64,000 nucleotides of DNA. It comes from a virus (Duplodnaviria > Caudoviricetes). The stretch covers positions 96,189 through 160,188 of IMG/VR virus record IMGVR_UViG_3300033068_001957; one strand, written 5' to 3'. The notes beneath the pieces are model-generated. The model did not search any database. It worked only from the letters and a program-made list of their open reading frames with translations, and had not been told where the DNA came from. The stretch's first letter is position 1. Each line of letters starts with the position of its first letter. The position numbers were made by a program, and so were the translations under genes. This document shows positions 29,621-39,483 of this stretch, in pieces.

Positions 29621-31084
29621 TGGCCGCAAATAGTTCTTGTATCATAGAATAATCTAGTTTATATTATACCCATGACCGCGACATATCACCCCACGCATTT
29701 CAAAGTGTCAGAGTTCCCGCTTTCCATAAGAGGCGAGTTTTCGACGTTCCAAGTAAATAGCCATGATAAGATGATTATGCACAATGGCCGCCCCGATGTG
29801 GTTTTTCTCATCATGAAGATTCTGGCGCGAAATGGTTATAATTTCTAGAATATACTGGTTATGCACGATAAACTCGTTTCTGATAGTGTGCAAAGCTAGT
29901 GTATCGTGGATTAAATAAGCAAATAATCCTTGCGCCGATAATAAAATAGCATTATACTCTCGAATCATGAAAAATAAAATCTACAAACGAGCTTCAACGG
30001 CATGGCGTGCGGGTACTTGGCTTGCCTTGGGTAGTCGCCTCCCTTGGGATTCTGTCAGAGAAGATACGAGAATCTATTGCTACAAGGGTGAAAACTATCT
30101 TGTTTATAAAGCGTAAAACAATTTGCGCCGCCCCAAATAACAGACTATATTGAATCCTCGCCAAGATAAACAATTCAATCACAAGTAAATATGAGCAAAA
30201 AGAATTACATCGCTATCGCCGCCCGTATCAAATCCCGCCTTGAAAGCGAAACGTCGGAAGATGTCAAAGGAGGCGTACGCCTTGTCGCTCTCGACTTGGC
30301 TAATCAATTCTCTAGCGAGAATGCACGTTTTAACAAACAGATTTTTCTTTCCGCCTGCGGGTGGAATAAATAAACAACTTGCGCCGATTAAATAGATAGT
30401 ATATTGTACTCCCATGAAACAAGACTCTCCAAAAAAATCAATTCCTCCGACTGTCCCCTGTGAGTGTGGAAACAAATGGGCGAAATGGTGGGGTGATCCC
30501 CATGGACATAGGCAATACATGTGCTCTACATGCTGGACGAATCAGAAAAGGGCCGCGTCACATGATTTTGATGAATTCGGCGCAAAATAATGCTTGACCA
30601 ATCATTTCAACTCTTGTATTGTAACGGCATGAAAGAATCATTCACATTTGAGTACGCCTTGAAGTTCCCAAACGGAAAATATTATACGGGTCGCGTGAAT
30701 TCCGACAAGCTGCCGAATTACTGGCAGGGAGAGAAACACGAAGCTTACACCTATACGGAAAAGGGAGCATACGCTAAAAAAGATTCTGGATTTTGCTTCT
30801 CATCTTGTGTGGTGGAAAAGGTGATTTAATCCTTGACGGGCCGAAATAAATAGATTATACTCTTGTCATGATTCTCTCCTATCCGCCCAAGCCAGATACC
30901 AATCTTTTCCAGCGTAATTATGGGTATTATCCCGTGCAAGAGGTGGTGAAATGGGAATTCTCCACTACCTTTAACCAATGGGGCGCAACTGTTATTTTCC
31001 CCGATGGCAAGAGGGTATTCACATGGCCAAAGAAATAAGAGAATAAATCTTGCACGGCCAATAATAATGTGATATATTGAATCC

Positions 31085-31318
31085 ATGAAAGCTACTCTTC
31101 ATTTTTCCAACCAGCAAACCGTTACCGTCGAAGGAATTGATTCTATTGGCCATGCCGAAGCAGTCGCGAATATCATTGCGTCCCGCTTCTCTGCCAGTTA
31201 TGGCAAGGCCATTTTCCCTACGTGCGTTCAAATAGATCCCAAGAATTTTACTACTATGATGGGTGAGAATGCTATCATGGAAGGTGTAACGGTGATTTCT
31301 TCCGTAGGTGGCAAATAA
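31085..31318 (+). CDS. hypothetical protein
   Basis: Leaderless after the promoter at 31049. Confidence 0.7.
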   Translation: MKATLHFSNQQTVTVEGIDSIGHAEAVANIIASRFSASYGKAIFPTCVQIDPKNFTTMMGENAIMEGVTVISSVGGK

Positions 31319-31576
31319 TACTTGCGCCTTTGATTAATTCGCTATATACTCTTATTATGAATAAATCATTCCAGCCGATCAATGCCCAAGGATTTCCAAC
31401 CGAAGAATTTCTTTATTCTGAATCTGAGGCGCGAGAAATCGCAAATAGTGGGGAAATCCTGCTAGAAGTCTCGAATGAGAAGTTTTTCAACCGCCCTCAC
31501 AAAAAGGGAGTTTGCATTTTGAATACGTGGATGAAATCCGAAAAAGTCGGAAAAGGCGAATTGCTTTTTAAGTACA

Positions 31577-31755
31577 ACTAGACCAATCGGTCTAGTATGC
31601 TGGCAAATAAACCGAATTAAAAATAAAACGAGCGGCGGTCATTAATTTGATCGCCGTTTTTTTATGCGCGGCCAAATAAAAACTAATTCATTTTGCTGCA
31701 AATAATATAGAACGCAAATAAAGCAATCAATTTGTTACTAGACTGACCAGTCTAG
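31577..31755. promoter_or_regulatory. two CTAGAC-N6-GTCTAG palindromes (operator-like)
   Basis: CTAGACcaatcgGTCTAG (31578) and CTAGACtgaccaGTCTAG (31738). Confidence 0.55.
31632..31663 (+). terminator. intrinsic terminator ending the small-gene run
   Basis: GCGGCGGTCA-ttaatt-TGATCGCCGT followed by a T run. Confidence 0.85.
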
Positions 31756-32531
31756 CGGCGTAAAACATTCTAGGTCAACGACCTACGATGAGTAGGCAAA
31801 CCATCTACGTTAATCACTTAGGTAACTTAAGCGGCGCTCTTAGGTTAGCATCTTAGTATTCTTAAGCAGTAGTATTAGAGAGCTATCTTACGTGGCGCAT
31901 AAAAAATTGCTCTAGGCAAGAATCGGATGGCGGCAAATTTTTCGTCCATGAAAACTATACGATAGATTGCCACATTGTCAACATACGAAATTCACCTAGG
32001 CTAGTATAGGAGTATGATCTAGTTTATTTTTTGCCGCCGAAAGAAAGAATCTGATTTATTATTTTGCTACTACTACATGTTCACATGAACAGCGCTCCAT
32101 AAGATATTCCCCATAGTCAAAGTTACTAGCCGCTAGATTGCGTTTTAAAGGGGGTTTTGCGTGCCGATACCCTTGTACGCTATGGAGATACTCGAAAACA
32201 TTTTAAACGATTTCGCATTTTTGAGTTGTTCGGGCGAACAGTAGATATATACTCTCTTATATAGGGAGGGGAAAATTGATTTATTTTTGCCCAAAGATGA
32301 AAAACTATTTGATTCTGTTTCTATATGTGGCATTATACATAACTGAACGGCGCGAAGGACGCGACCGAAGGGCAGAATCCCTTAAACACGCGGATAATCT
32401 CACTGTGGCCAGTCGCGTTCCACCCATGCACAAAGGATAGAGTGCAAGATATAGATCATAACCATTTAGATTTTATTTTCGCGCCCCTCCAAACTTAGGA
32501 CGCGAAAAGTAAACCTAAAAACAAAAACATT

Positions 32532-33599
32532 ATGTCTCACGGAATCGTCAAACCAGTTGATTGCATTTTTTCCACGCAGGGAAGTGAATGGCACAAGCTT
32601 GCCACCCTGCGCGAATCCATCGGAGAGAACGAATTTTTCGCCCTTTCCCCCCGCATCATTGAAGGACAATGCTCCTTTGTGGTGGATGAAAAACCCTATA
32701 TCATGCCGAATCACAAGATTCTCGCGGCTGATTATAGGCTCTGCCGTCCTGATCTTGTTGGTACCTCTAACGAGATTGTCCCCCTTCACATCCCGAAAAA
32801 TTCGTATCGTCCTATCGAAAATGCTGAACTTTTCGCCTTGCTCCGTGATTCGCTGGCGGATGTTCTCGACAACGGCGCGACTGTTACTTGTGCTGGCACC
32901 TTGGAAGCGGGAAAAAAATGTTTCGCGAGTGTGTCAATCGGGGAAGATTTGCGGGTGAAAACGAAAACGGGAGACGAAACGATTAAAACCTCGCTTAACT
33001 TTGTGACTTCGCATGATGGCACGCTTGGCTTGCGAGCCTATGATTCCATGATTCGCATCGTGTGTATGAATACTCTTCGTTGGAGTCTTGAGGCGCAAGG
33101 GGAAGTCGGTTTTTCCGTGTATCACACGCAGAATGCAAGTCTCAAGATCAATCATGTGTCTGAAATGATTCAGGCCATCATGGCGGGGCGGGGCGAATTC
33201 GTGCGTTGCATGGAAGAACTTGCTCAGATTGATGCAGACACTCGCCAGCTTGCAAACATCCCCCTTGGCTACTTTGCCAGCATGCAAGATAAGCAAGATG
33301 AGCTTGCTACGCGCTCCCTTAATGCGGCGGAGGAAATCACCCGCCTTGCCTATCGTGGCAAAGGCAATTCGGGCAGGACTCTTTATGACCTTGCAAACGG
33401 TGGTACTGAATACTGGACTAGTGGCGAGGGGACGGGGAAGAAAAGCGATACTGCGGAGCGTATGTACAAAGCAGAATTCGCTGGCGCTGCGGATCATAAA
33501 ACGCGCTTCGTGCAAGGCTTGCTTGATACTGACACTCGTAACGAGTGGAACAAGCTTGGCGCATCTATGAGCAAGGTGGCAGTGGGATACGCTGGTTAA
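32532..33599 (+). CDS. DUF932 family phage/plasmid-like protein
   Basis: YRPIEN, AGTLEAGKK, TSHDGT, IRIVCMNTL, HTQNA motifs. Confidence 0.9.
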   Translation: MSHGIVKPVDCIFSTQGSEWHKLATLRESIGENEFFALSPRIIEGQCSFVVDEKPYIMPNHKILAADYRLCRPDLVGTSNEIVPLHIPKNSYRPIENAELFALLRDSLADVLDNGATVTCAGTLEAGKKCFASVSIGEDLRVKTKTGDETIKTSLNFVTSHDGTLGLRAYDSMIRIVCMNTLRWSLEAQGEVGFSVYHTQNASLKINHVSEMIQAIMAGRGEFVRCMEELAQIDADTRQLANIPLGYFASMQDKQDELATRSLNAAEEITRLAYRGKGNSGRTLYDLANGGTEYWTSGEGTGKKSDTAERMYKAEFAGAADHKTRFVQGLLDTDTRNEWNKLGASMSKVAVGYAG

Positions 33600-33685
33600 T
33601 CGTTAGGTAATCTCCTAGCATGCATCCTGCGGGGTGCATGCAATGGAGCGTACAAACGCTTCTTAACAAACTAAACTAAAATGAT

Positions 33686-34060
33686 ATGAATACAACTATT
33701 GCTCCCTATCTTTCCCAAACTGAACGCCTTGCTTTGTGCGATGGCCGCACGTCTCTCACCATGGAGGAAATCGGCCCCGATCTACGCACTGTGTCCGCCC
33801 CGCCTAATGGGTTCAAGATGCCCGATATGTCCCGTGTTCGTGAGCATGATGCGCGGCTTAGCGCCTACGGCTCTGATTGCAACGTGAGTGATGAAGATCA
33901 GGACGATGAAGAGCAGGACGAAGAAAACACCCTTCGCGAGCATGCCTATGCCAAGCGCACAGACTCTATGCGCGAGCATTCGTTCAGACTGCCTTCCCAG
34001 CGTTCCCGCCGTGATGTGTCTGACACCCTCGCCAGCATGGGCATGGGTTATAACGATTAA
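33686..34060 (+). CDS. hypothetical protein with acidic stretch
   Basis: 124 aa ORF after an A-rich leader. Confidence 0.65.
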   Translation: MNTTIAPYLSQTERLALCDGRTSLTMEEIGPDLRTVSAPPNGFKMPDMSRVREHDARLSAYGSDCNVSDEDQDDEEQDEENTLREHAYAKRTDSMREHSFRLPSQRSRRDVSDTLASMGMGYND

Positions 34061-34641
34061 CCCCTAACCCCTCACCCATGGAGCTACTAATCGTTATCCT
34101 CGCGTTATGTGCTGGCATACTCGCCTACGCTAAGCGTTAACCCTTGCCCTTATATAGACTAGACATCTATCGGGCTCATTTTTCACCTACTATGTATCTC
34201 CCATCCCATCCCTTGCTTCTCACATGGCGGCAGCTTGTCGCCTTCCCCACTACGCGCCGCGCCTGTGTCGCGTTCATTCTCGGAGCTAACACCCCTAAGA
34301 GAAAGGCTAAACTGCCATGACTTACATGCTTGCAGGCTATTACGTCGCCTCTCTTAATGGTCGCTCATGGGTGATTGATACAGGCGATCATCGTCCTAGG
34401 GCTCCTATCTATGACGCCAACAAACGAGCCACTAAGAAGCGCCTGCTTCAATCCCTACGTGATCGCAAGCTGATAGACTAGTCTTATCATCTATGCTGTT
34501 CTAAGCCTGCTTTGCTTGCCATGGGATAGCCACCTATGCCAAGCGACTAGGGGCGGGACGTTCCATGTGGAGCTTTTTTCTTTTCATTTATTTCATTTTA
34601 TCACTTGCACGAGTAGCTGATATAGTCCATTATATAGTCTT

Positions 34642-34857
34642 ATGAATCGCCTTGCCTCCCTCTCCCTCTACTCTATCGCTGCTGGCCTTATGATCGGAAT
34701 GCTCGTTAGCCTTATCTGCTCAGCCGCTAACCTGCTCACGTATCCCGCCACTCCTAGCATCGTGTTCTATGGCCTGTCTGCCAGCGTATTCTATGGCGTG
34801 TGCATCATGACTACGTGCTCTGTCACTCATGCCGTTGCCGAGTCATTAGAGGGGTGA
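34642..34857 (+). CDS. small two-TM membrane protein
   Basis: Two hydrophobic helices; promoter-like TTGCAC at 34605. Confidence 0.6.
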   Translation: MNRLASLSLYSIAAGLMIGMLVSLICSAANLLTYPATPSIVFYGLSASVFYGVCIMTTCSVTHAVAESLEG

Positions 34858-35189
34858 TTCGCGCCTAGGTGAGCGCTCTACGAGGGCGCGAGGAACAGTA
34901 GTAGGGAGAACACCATGGGAATGATGCCTACCATTGTTTGAAAAGTTCTTACGAAGAATTTTTAAGAAAAAGCCCTAGGGGTACTCTACTTCTTTAAGTA
35001 AGGTTAATAATTCAGAACCTTTATCCAAAGATTGGTCTCTCACCCGCATTCTATACATACTACCCCTATGGAATAACCCGTGTCTTTTCCAGAAAATTTT
35101 GATACTTACTCTATGCATTTACCTATTAAATTCTAAAAAAATGTGCCGACCTTTATTTTCTGGAACCTTCCCGATAACATAACGGGTTA

Positions 35190-35699
35190 TTAAATAGAAT
35201 AAATTTCTTCAACAATTTCAAAAGACCCCTCATCAATTCCACTCTCCCAATCTACGCTAGGACTCCATTCGAGCCTCAATAAACAACTCAAGTATTGTTC
35301 CCTAGACAAATCGCCGAATTCTTTTGTGGCAGATAATAGAACGTCTGTCCATTCAATATAAGATTCTTCTTCGCCCAACCATCTAGACCAATCGAGGGTT
35401 GAAGATTTTTCCGTCTTCATCCATTTGCCCAATCCAAGAACGCCCGTTGATTCTACATAAGCTACTGGATAATCTTCGCCGCGCTCAAACATAGCCTCGA
35501 ATAGGGCGTCTTTTAAGGCATCGACCCATTGGCCATCTTTGAAGACGATGATCCCTTTCGAATCAAAAATCTCATGATGGCTTGAGGGCCGAAAAATTAT
35601 TGTATTCTCAGATTTGAGAATCATCGCCGCCTCATGCTCTCGCACTTCCGCAAAAGATGGTAATACTCGGTAGTTTGCTTGGAGGAAAAACTGGCTCAT
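35190..35699 (-). CDS. hypothetical protein
   Basis: Last gene of the minus-strand block; 169 aa. Confidence 0.7.
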   Translation of the reverse strand: MSQFFLQANYRVLPSFAEVREHEAAMILKSENTIIFRPSSHHEIFDSKGIIVFKDGQWVDALKDALFEAMFERGEDYPVAYVESTGVLGLGKWMKTEKSSTLDWSRWLGEEESYIEWTDVLLSATKEFGDLSREQYLSCLLRLEWSPSVDWESGIDEGSFEIVEEIYSI

Positions 35700-36395
35700 A
35701 AATTACTGTTTCTTAATAAAATTAACAAGCTCCCAAAAATAAGGCTCTCCTAGCGAGCAATTAATATCATGGTTTTTGTAGTAAATGTATCTATCTTGAA
35801 TTTCTTGCGGCGAAAGATAAAAGCCTTCTGATTGAGCATTGTTGCAGGCTTTGGCGATTTCTTCTTTTGCGGCGGGAAAATTTATTTGCGCGGCATCACA
35901 GAAGATTTTTAGGCGGGCGAGTCTATTTTCTTCGGCGGAAATGAATTGTAGAAATTTATTCATGGGATTTATTCAGCGCCATCAAACAATTCAACTCACA
36001 CTGATACATTCTCATAGTATTTCTCAGGCGAAATAAAATCTCCTCCCTGAAACACTCTGGTATTTGCGCCGAAAATCTTTCCCACGCCAAGACGAGGGAT
36101 TGAAGGTCTTTAATTCGTTGATGATTGTCTAATTTGGCTATTTGAGCCATAGATTGTTCGAGTTCCGTCATTTGAATAGTCTATTGTATTCTGCGTATTG
36201 CAAATCTACCCTGTTTAATGGGTGATCATTGTCCCATTCGCCAATATCGGCTTCGGCTATACCCATGACCTGTGGATTGATGCAGCGATTAGTGAATCTA
36301 CTGCTCTCAAGTTCCGATACAATTTCGTCGGCGGTTAATTCGTCGTGGTTTACTATTAGGATTTCCAGTTTGTAGGCTTTCATGCGTTAAAAAAT

Positions 36396-36481
36396 TGGCG
36401 GATACAGTAAGAATTGCACCCGCACTTGAGAAGGCTATTTCTAGCCCGACATACTGTTTCACCTTTATTCTCCATGTGTCC
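36396..36481 (-). ncRNA. tRNA-like element with acceptor, T-arm and CCA but no anticodon loop
   Basis: Minus strand: GGACACA...GCGGG-TGCAATT-CTTAC-TGTATCC-G-CCA; internal GAGAA/TTCTC and GGCTA-GAAA-TAGCC. Confidence 0.5.
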
Positions 36482-36492
36482 AGTTATCATTT

Positions 36493-37200
36493 TCATTTTA
36501 ATGGTTTTCTTCTTGAGCCTAATTCTTCGTTCATTCTATTTAATGTTTTTATATGTTTCCAACCTTTATGAGAAGCGACTTTTTTAGAGCACACTTTCGT
36601 CATCATTTGAAGAGATAAATTGTTTTCTCTGCAAAATGCCCTCATATTAATTATTATAATTTCTTCCCCATCTGGAGAAATCATCAAATATTTTTTTGAG
36701 CTTTTTTGGCTAGCAGCTCTAACTGTATTTTCATGTGGTTTTTTACCCTTATTTATTATTGATAATTTTTCTCTAGTTTCTTGCGACGGCTTAAAGCCTT
36801 TGTGAGATAAAGAAGATTTTTTCCTTGTCTCTTTGGAGATTATTTTACCTTTATTACTTTTTGAAATTTTATCTTTGGTTTCCTGCGCCATTTTAGCATA
36901 TTTGCGACCGCCTAATTTTAAATTATATCCATTTGGAGATAAAGAGTTATAAAATAATCCCCAATAAACTTCTTTTCGATTTGCCTCTTCTAAAGAATCT
37001 GCGTAATCAATCTCAAATATTTGAAAGCTCTCTTTCCCATATTTGGCGATAGCCTCTGTTATAGCCTGTCTTTTTGCTTGCAAAGTGCATGTCCAACAAT
37101 GTCGTTGCCACCTCTTTTTTAAAGATACTATTGTTTGTCCAATATACTTTTTGTTATTGATTTTGTTTGTTACTAGATAAATGATGAATAGATGAGTCAT
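36493..37200 (-). CDS. GIY-YIG homing endonuclease with NUMOD3 repeats
   Basis: IIYLVTNKINNKKYIGQT...PNGYNL; ETKDKISKS/ETREKLS repeats; GTGTAA at 37210-37215. Confidence 0.9.
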   Translation of the reverse strand: MTHLFIIYLVTNKINNKKYIGQTIVSLKKRWQRHCWTCTLQAKRQAITEAIAKYGKESFQIFEIDYADSLEEANRKEVYWGLFYNSLSPNGYNLKLGGRKYAKMAQETKDKISKSNKGKIISKETRKKSSLSHKGFKPSQETREKLSIINKGKKPHENTVRAASQKSSKKYLMISPDGEEIIIINMRAFCRENNLSLQMMTKVCSKKVASHKGWKHIKTLNRMNEELGSRRKPLK

Positions 37201-37678
37201 TATTATTTATTACACTTAATCTCTCCAAGTATAATAACTCATCTCTAATCTTCATCAGAAGCTTTCCGAGATTATTTTCTCCGACACCAGTACGAATATC
37301 TTTTCCATAAAAACGATCATTCCAATTATTCCATTCTACAATTTCCTCATTGCCTGTAGCCAAAAGCTTTGCGGCCCAAGAAGTTCCTTTGGCGAATTTA
37401 ATCCTCAGAATATATTCCATCACAGCCAACTTATCAGACTCCCAATCCTCGCGCCAAAGGTATTTTTTCCTGTCTCGAATAGCTGTTTTAGCTTTATAGG
37501 GATTCATGGCGGCGATTTCAGTCCGCAAATCTATTCTATCCTTTGGCAGTTTCATTGCCTGATAGAAATTTTCAGATGTCCTGTATAGAATACCCTGATA
37601 TTCATAAGGCTCATCCATGGGCAACATATTGGAGAACCAGTTTTTGATTCGCCCTTTTTCGTCGTAGGTAATATTCAT
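37154..37678 (-). CDS. NADAR (YbiA-like) family hydrolase
   Basis: WFSN...YRTSENFYQAMK...KF...LLATG-EEIVE...GENNLGKLLMKIR. Confidence 0.9.
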   Translation of the reverse strand: MNITYDEKGRIKNWFSNMLPMDEPYEYQGILYRTSENFYQAMKLPKDRIDLRTEIAAMNPYKAKTAIRDRKKYLWREDWESDKLAVMEYILRIKFAKGTSWAAKLLATGNEEIVEWNNWNDRFYGKDIRTGVGENNLGKLLMKIRDELLYLERLSVINNNDSSIHHLSSNKQNQ

Positions 37679-38127
37679 ATCAATTTCTCCAACTGTTTCC
37701 TATTCACATCCGCCAACACAGCAATGCAATTTTCTTCTGACTTAAATTGATGGGGTAAATGAAAATCAAAGGTAATCGCTTCACCCGCTTGGACTTTTTT
37801 ATTCATTGTTATAAATTGGTTTCTTTTATTAGGAATTTTAAGGGTATAAAATAATTCGCCGCTTCCTCTTAGAAATATTGCTATTGATCCACACGACGAG
37901 GAAGATAGGTTATCCACATGCATATCCACGCTAGAGAATTCCGCCAGCATAACCTCTTCAATCCTTGGTTTAAGAATGCCCCTGCGCTCTAGAAAACCCT
38001 TGACAAAATTACGAGGGCTGAACCCCTTGATATTAAACGGTTCTACATTGTCAAGCTCTCCATGGCTACAAAGGTCTTTTTTATCGGGGAAAAAACAAAG
38101 GTCTTGATTTGTTAGTTTTAGAATCAT
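37675..38127 (-). CDS. putative 2OG-Fe(II) oxygenase/cupin-fold protein
   Basis: HxD (MHVDN) and distal H (FDFHLPH). Confidence 0.55.
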   Translation of the reverse strand: MILKLTNQDLCFFPDKKDLCSHGELDNVEPFNIKGFSPRNFVKGFLERRGILKPRIEEVMLAEFSSVDMHVDNLSSSSCGSIAIFLRGSGELFYTLKIPNKRNQFITMNKKVQAGEAITFDFHLPHQFKSEENCIAVLADVNRKQLEKLI

Positions 38128-38988
38128 ACTTTTGGATCATGTATTTCTACCACTGGTGTTCCTCGGCATAACGGATGGGGACGGCCTCTTGTTTCAGAAT
38201 TATGTTGGAACCAGCGCTCCGCCATCACTACGTCTAAAAACCAGAGTTCGTGTCGCCCTCCTAACTTTTGTCTTTTCTTTTGGGCGCGGCGAAAAAAGAA
38301 GTTTTTGATTGTTTTAATCATTCTAAATAAATGGTTGCCCAAATTACTTGTTCATAAGGGTCGTTCATTAAAATAGACAAAACGCTTTCGTAGCCAAAAC
38401 AAGAGTAACCGCTTTCATTTCTTACAACATAACATGTCCCCTCTTTTAAAAGAATGCCCGAAATAATAAAAATCTTATGCGCTCCCGAATAGTGGATTCG
38501 GATGTTTTTATTAAGTAAAGATTTTAGGGTTTCTTCATTGTTATTCATACTTCGCGTTTATCTTTTATGTATTTATAATGAGGCTTCTTGCAGGTCGGGC
38601 AATCAATCCATGTGCCAAAGTCAATATGTCTCAATGCGTCGTCTATTGAATTATAGTAGTTTGAACTAGTGAGCCGCTTTGCTTCTTTCCGAGGTTCCTG
38701 CCGCCAAGCGTGATAATCGCTTTTCAATGATCCATACTCATCTTCGAAAGAATCGTTGGTGATAAAGTATTTTACCAATTTGCCGTCTTCTTTGCGGGTT
38801 TTAGTGTGTATTTTTAGGATATTTGATTTGTCCATTGATTATTTCCTCTATTTGTTTTTCTCTTTTATGTTCGGCCAAAACCTTTGCTGTAGAAGCTCCT
38901 TCTCCCATGTTACCGAGACTAATTACATCCCAAGCAACAGAAAACGGCAATTTCAGGGCAGTCTTTGAGCAACGTTTGATGAGATTAA

Positions 38989-39483
38989 TCATACTTGCGG
39001 GAAAAATGTTTTGCCATCATTATTCCAAAGAAGTTTGGCCTGATAGACTTCGGGGGAGTTTTGGCCGTGTCTTTCTGCAATCTCTCTGAACCAGCCTAAT
39101 TGATAATCATGCTTTTTCATCCGAAACTTTGGACGGTCAAGGTCATCACGCTTAATATTTTGCTCCTTATCGCGCTGAACGAGGATATGGTGCAATTCGT
39201 GGTCACAAACTGCCTCGCGCTGTTCGGTTGACATAGCTTCATAACCATCGCCATCAATAATGATTTCTGCATCTCCCTGACCCTTAAAACGAGCTTTGAG
39301 AGAGTTAATCTTGACTACAGCCAAGGCTGGATACCCGCCGCATTTTACAGCAAAAGTTTTATCATTGAATGCAAAGAGCACATCAATTTTAACTGCTGCC
39401 TCTTTTAAATCAGGATAATGATCGTCGATTAATTTGTTGATAATTTCGTGGACTTCTTCTGGTGGCTGATCGTAGTGTGTCAT
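38989..39483 (-). CDS. putative phage metallopeptidase
   Basis: REAVCDHELHH...KHD...F-EIAERHG. Confidence 0.8.
   Translation of the reverse strand: MTHYDQPPEEVHEIINKLIDDHYPDLKEAAVKIDVLFAFNDKTFAVKCGGYPALAVVKINSLKARFKGQGDAEIIIDGDGYEAMSTEQREAVCDHELHHILVQRDKEQNIKRDDLDRPKFRMKKHDYQLGWFREIAERHGQNSPEVYQAKLLWNNDGKTFFPQV

Larger units (their letters stand above)
1977..34641 (+). promoter_or_regulatory. dispersed array of ~40 sigma70-type promoters, most driving a leaderless small ORF
   Basis: Examples: TTGACT-16-TACAAT-6-ATG (1977), TTGACT-16-TATAAT-6-ATG (6248), TTGACA-17-TATAAT-6-ATG (19335), TTGACC-17-TATAAT-6-ATG (24302), TTGACG-17-TATAAT-6-ATG (25950), TTGACG-17-TATACT-6-ATG (30833). Confidence 0.9.

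Noticed and set aside
32078-34574. parS sites (TGTTCACATGAACA at 32078; CGTTCCATGTGGAGCT at 34559)
   Set aside because: The first is 2 bp too short and the second has about 4 mismatches to the 16-bp consensus; no parA/parB is in the window.
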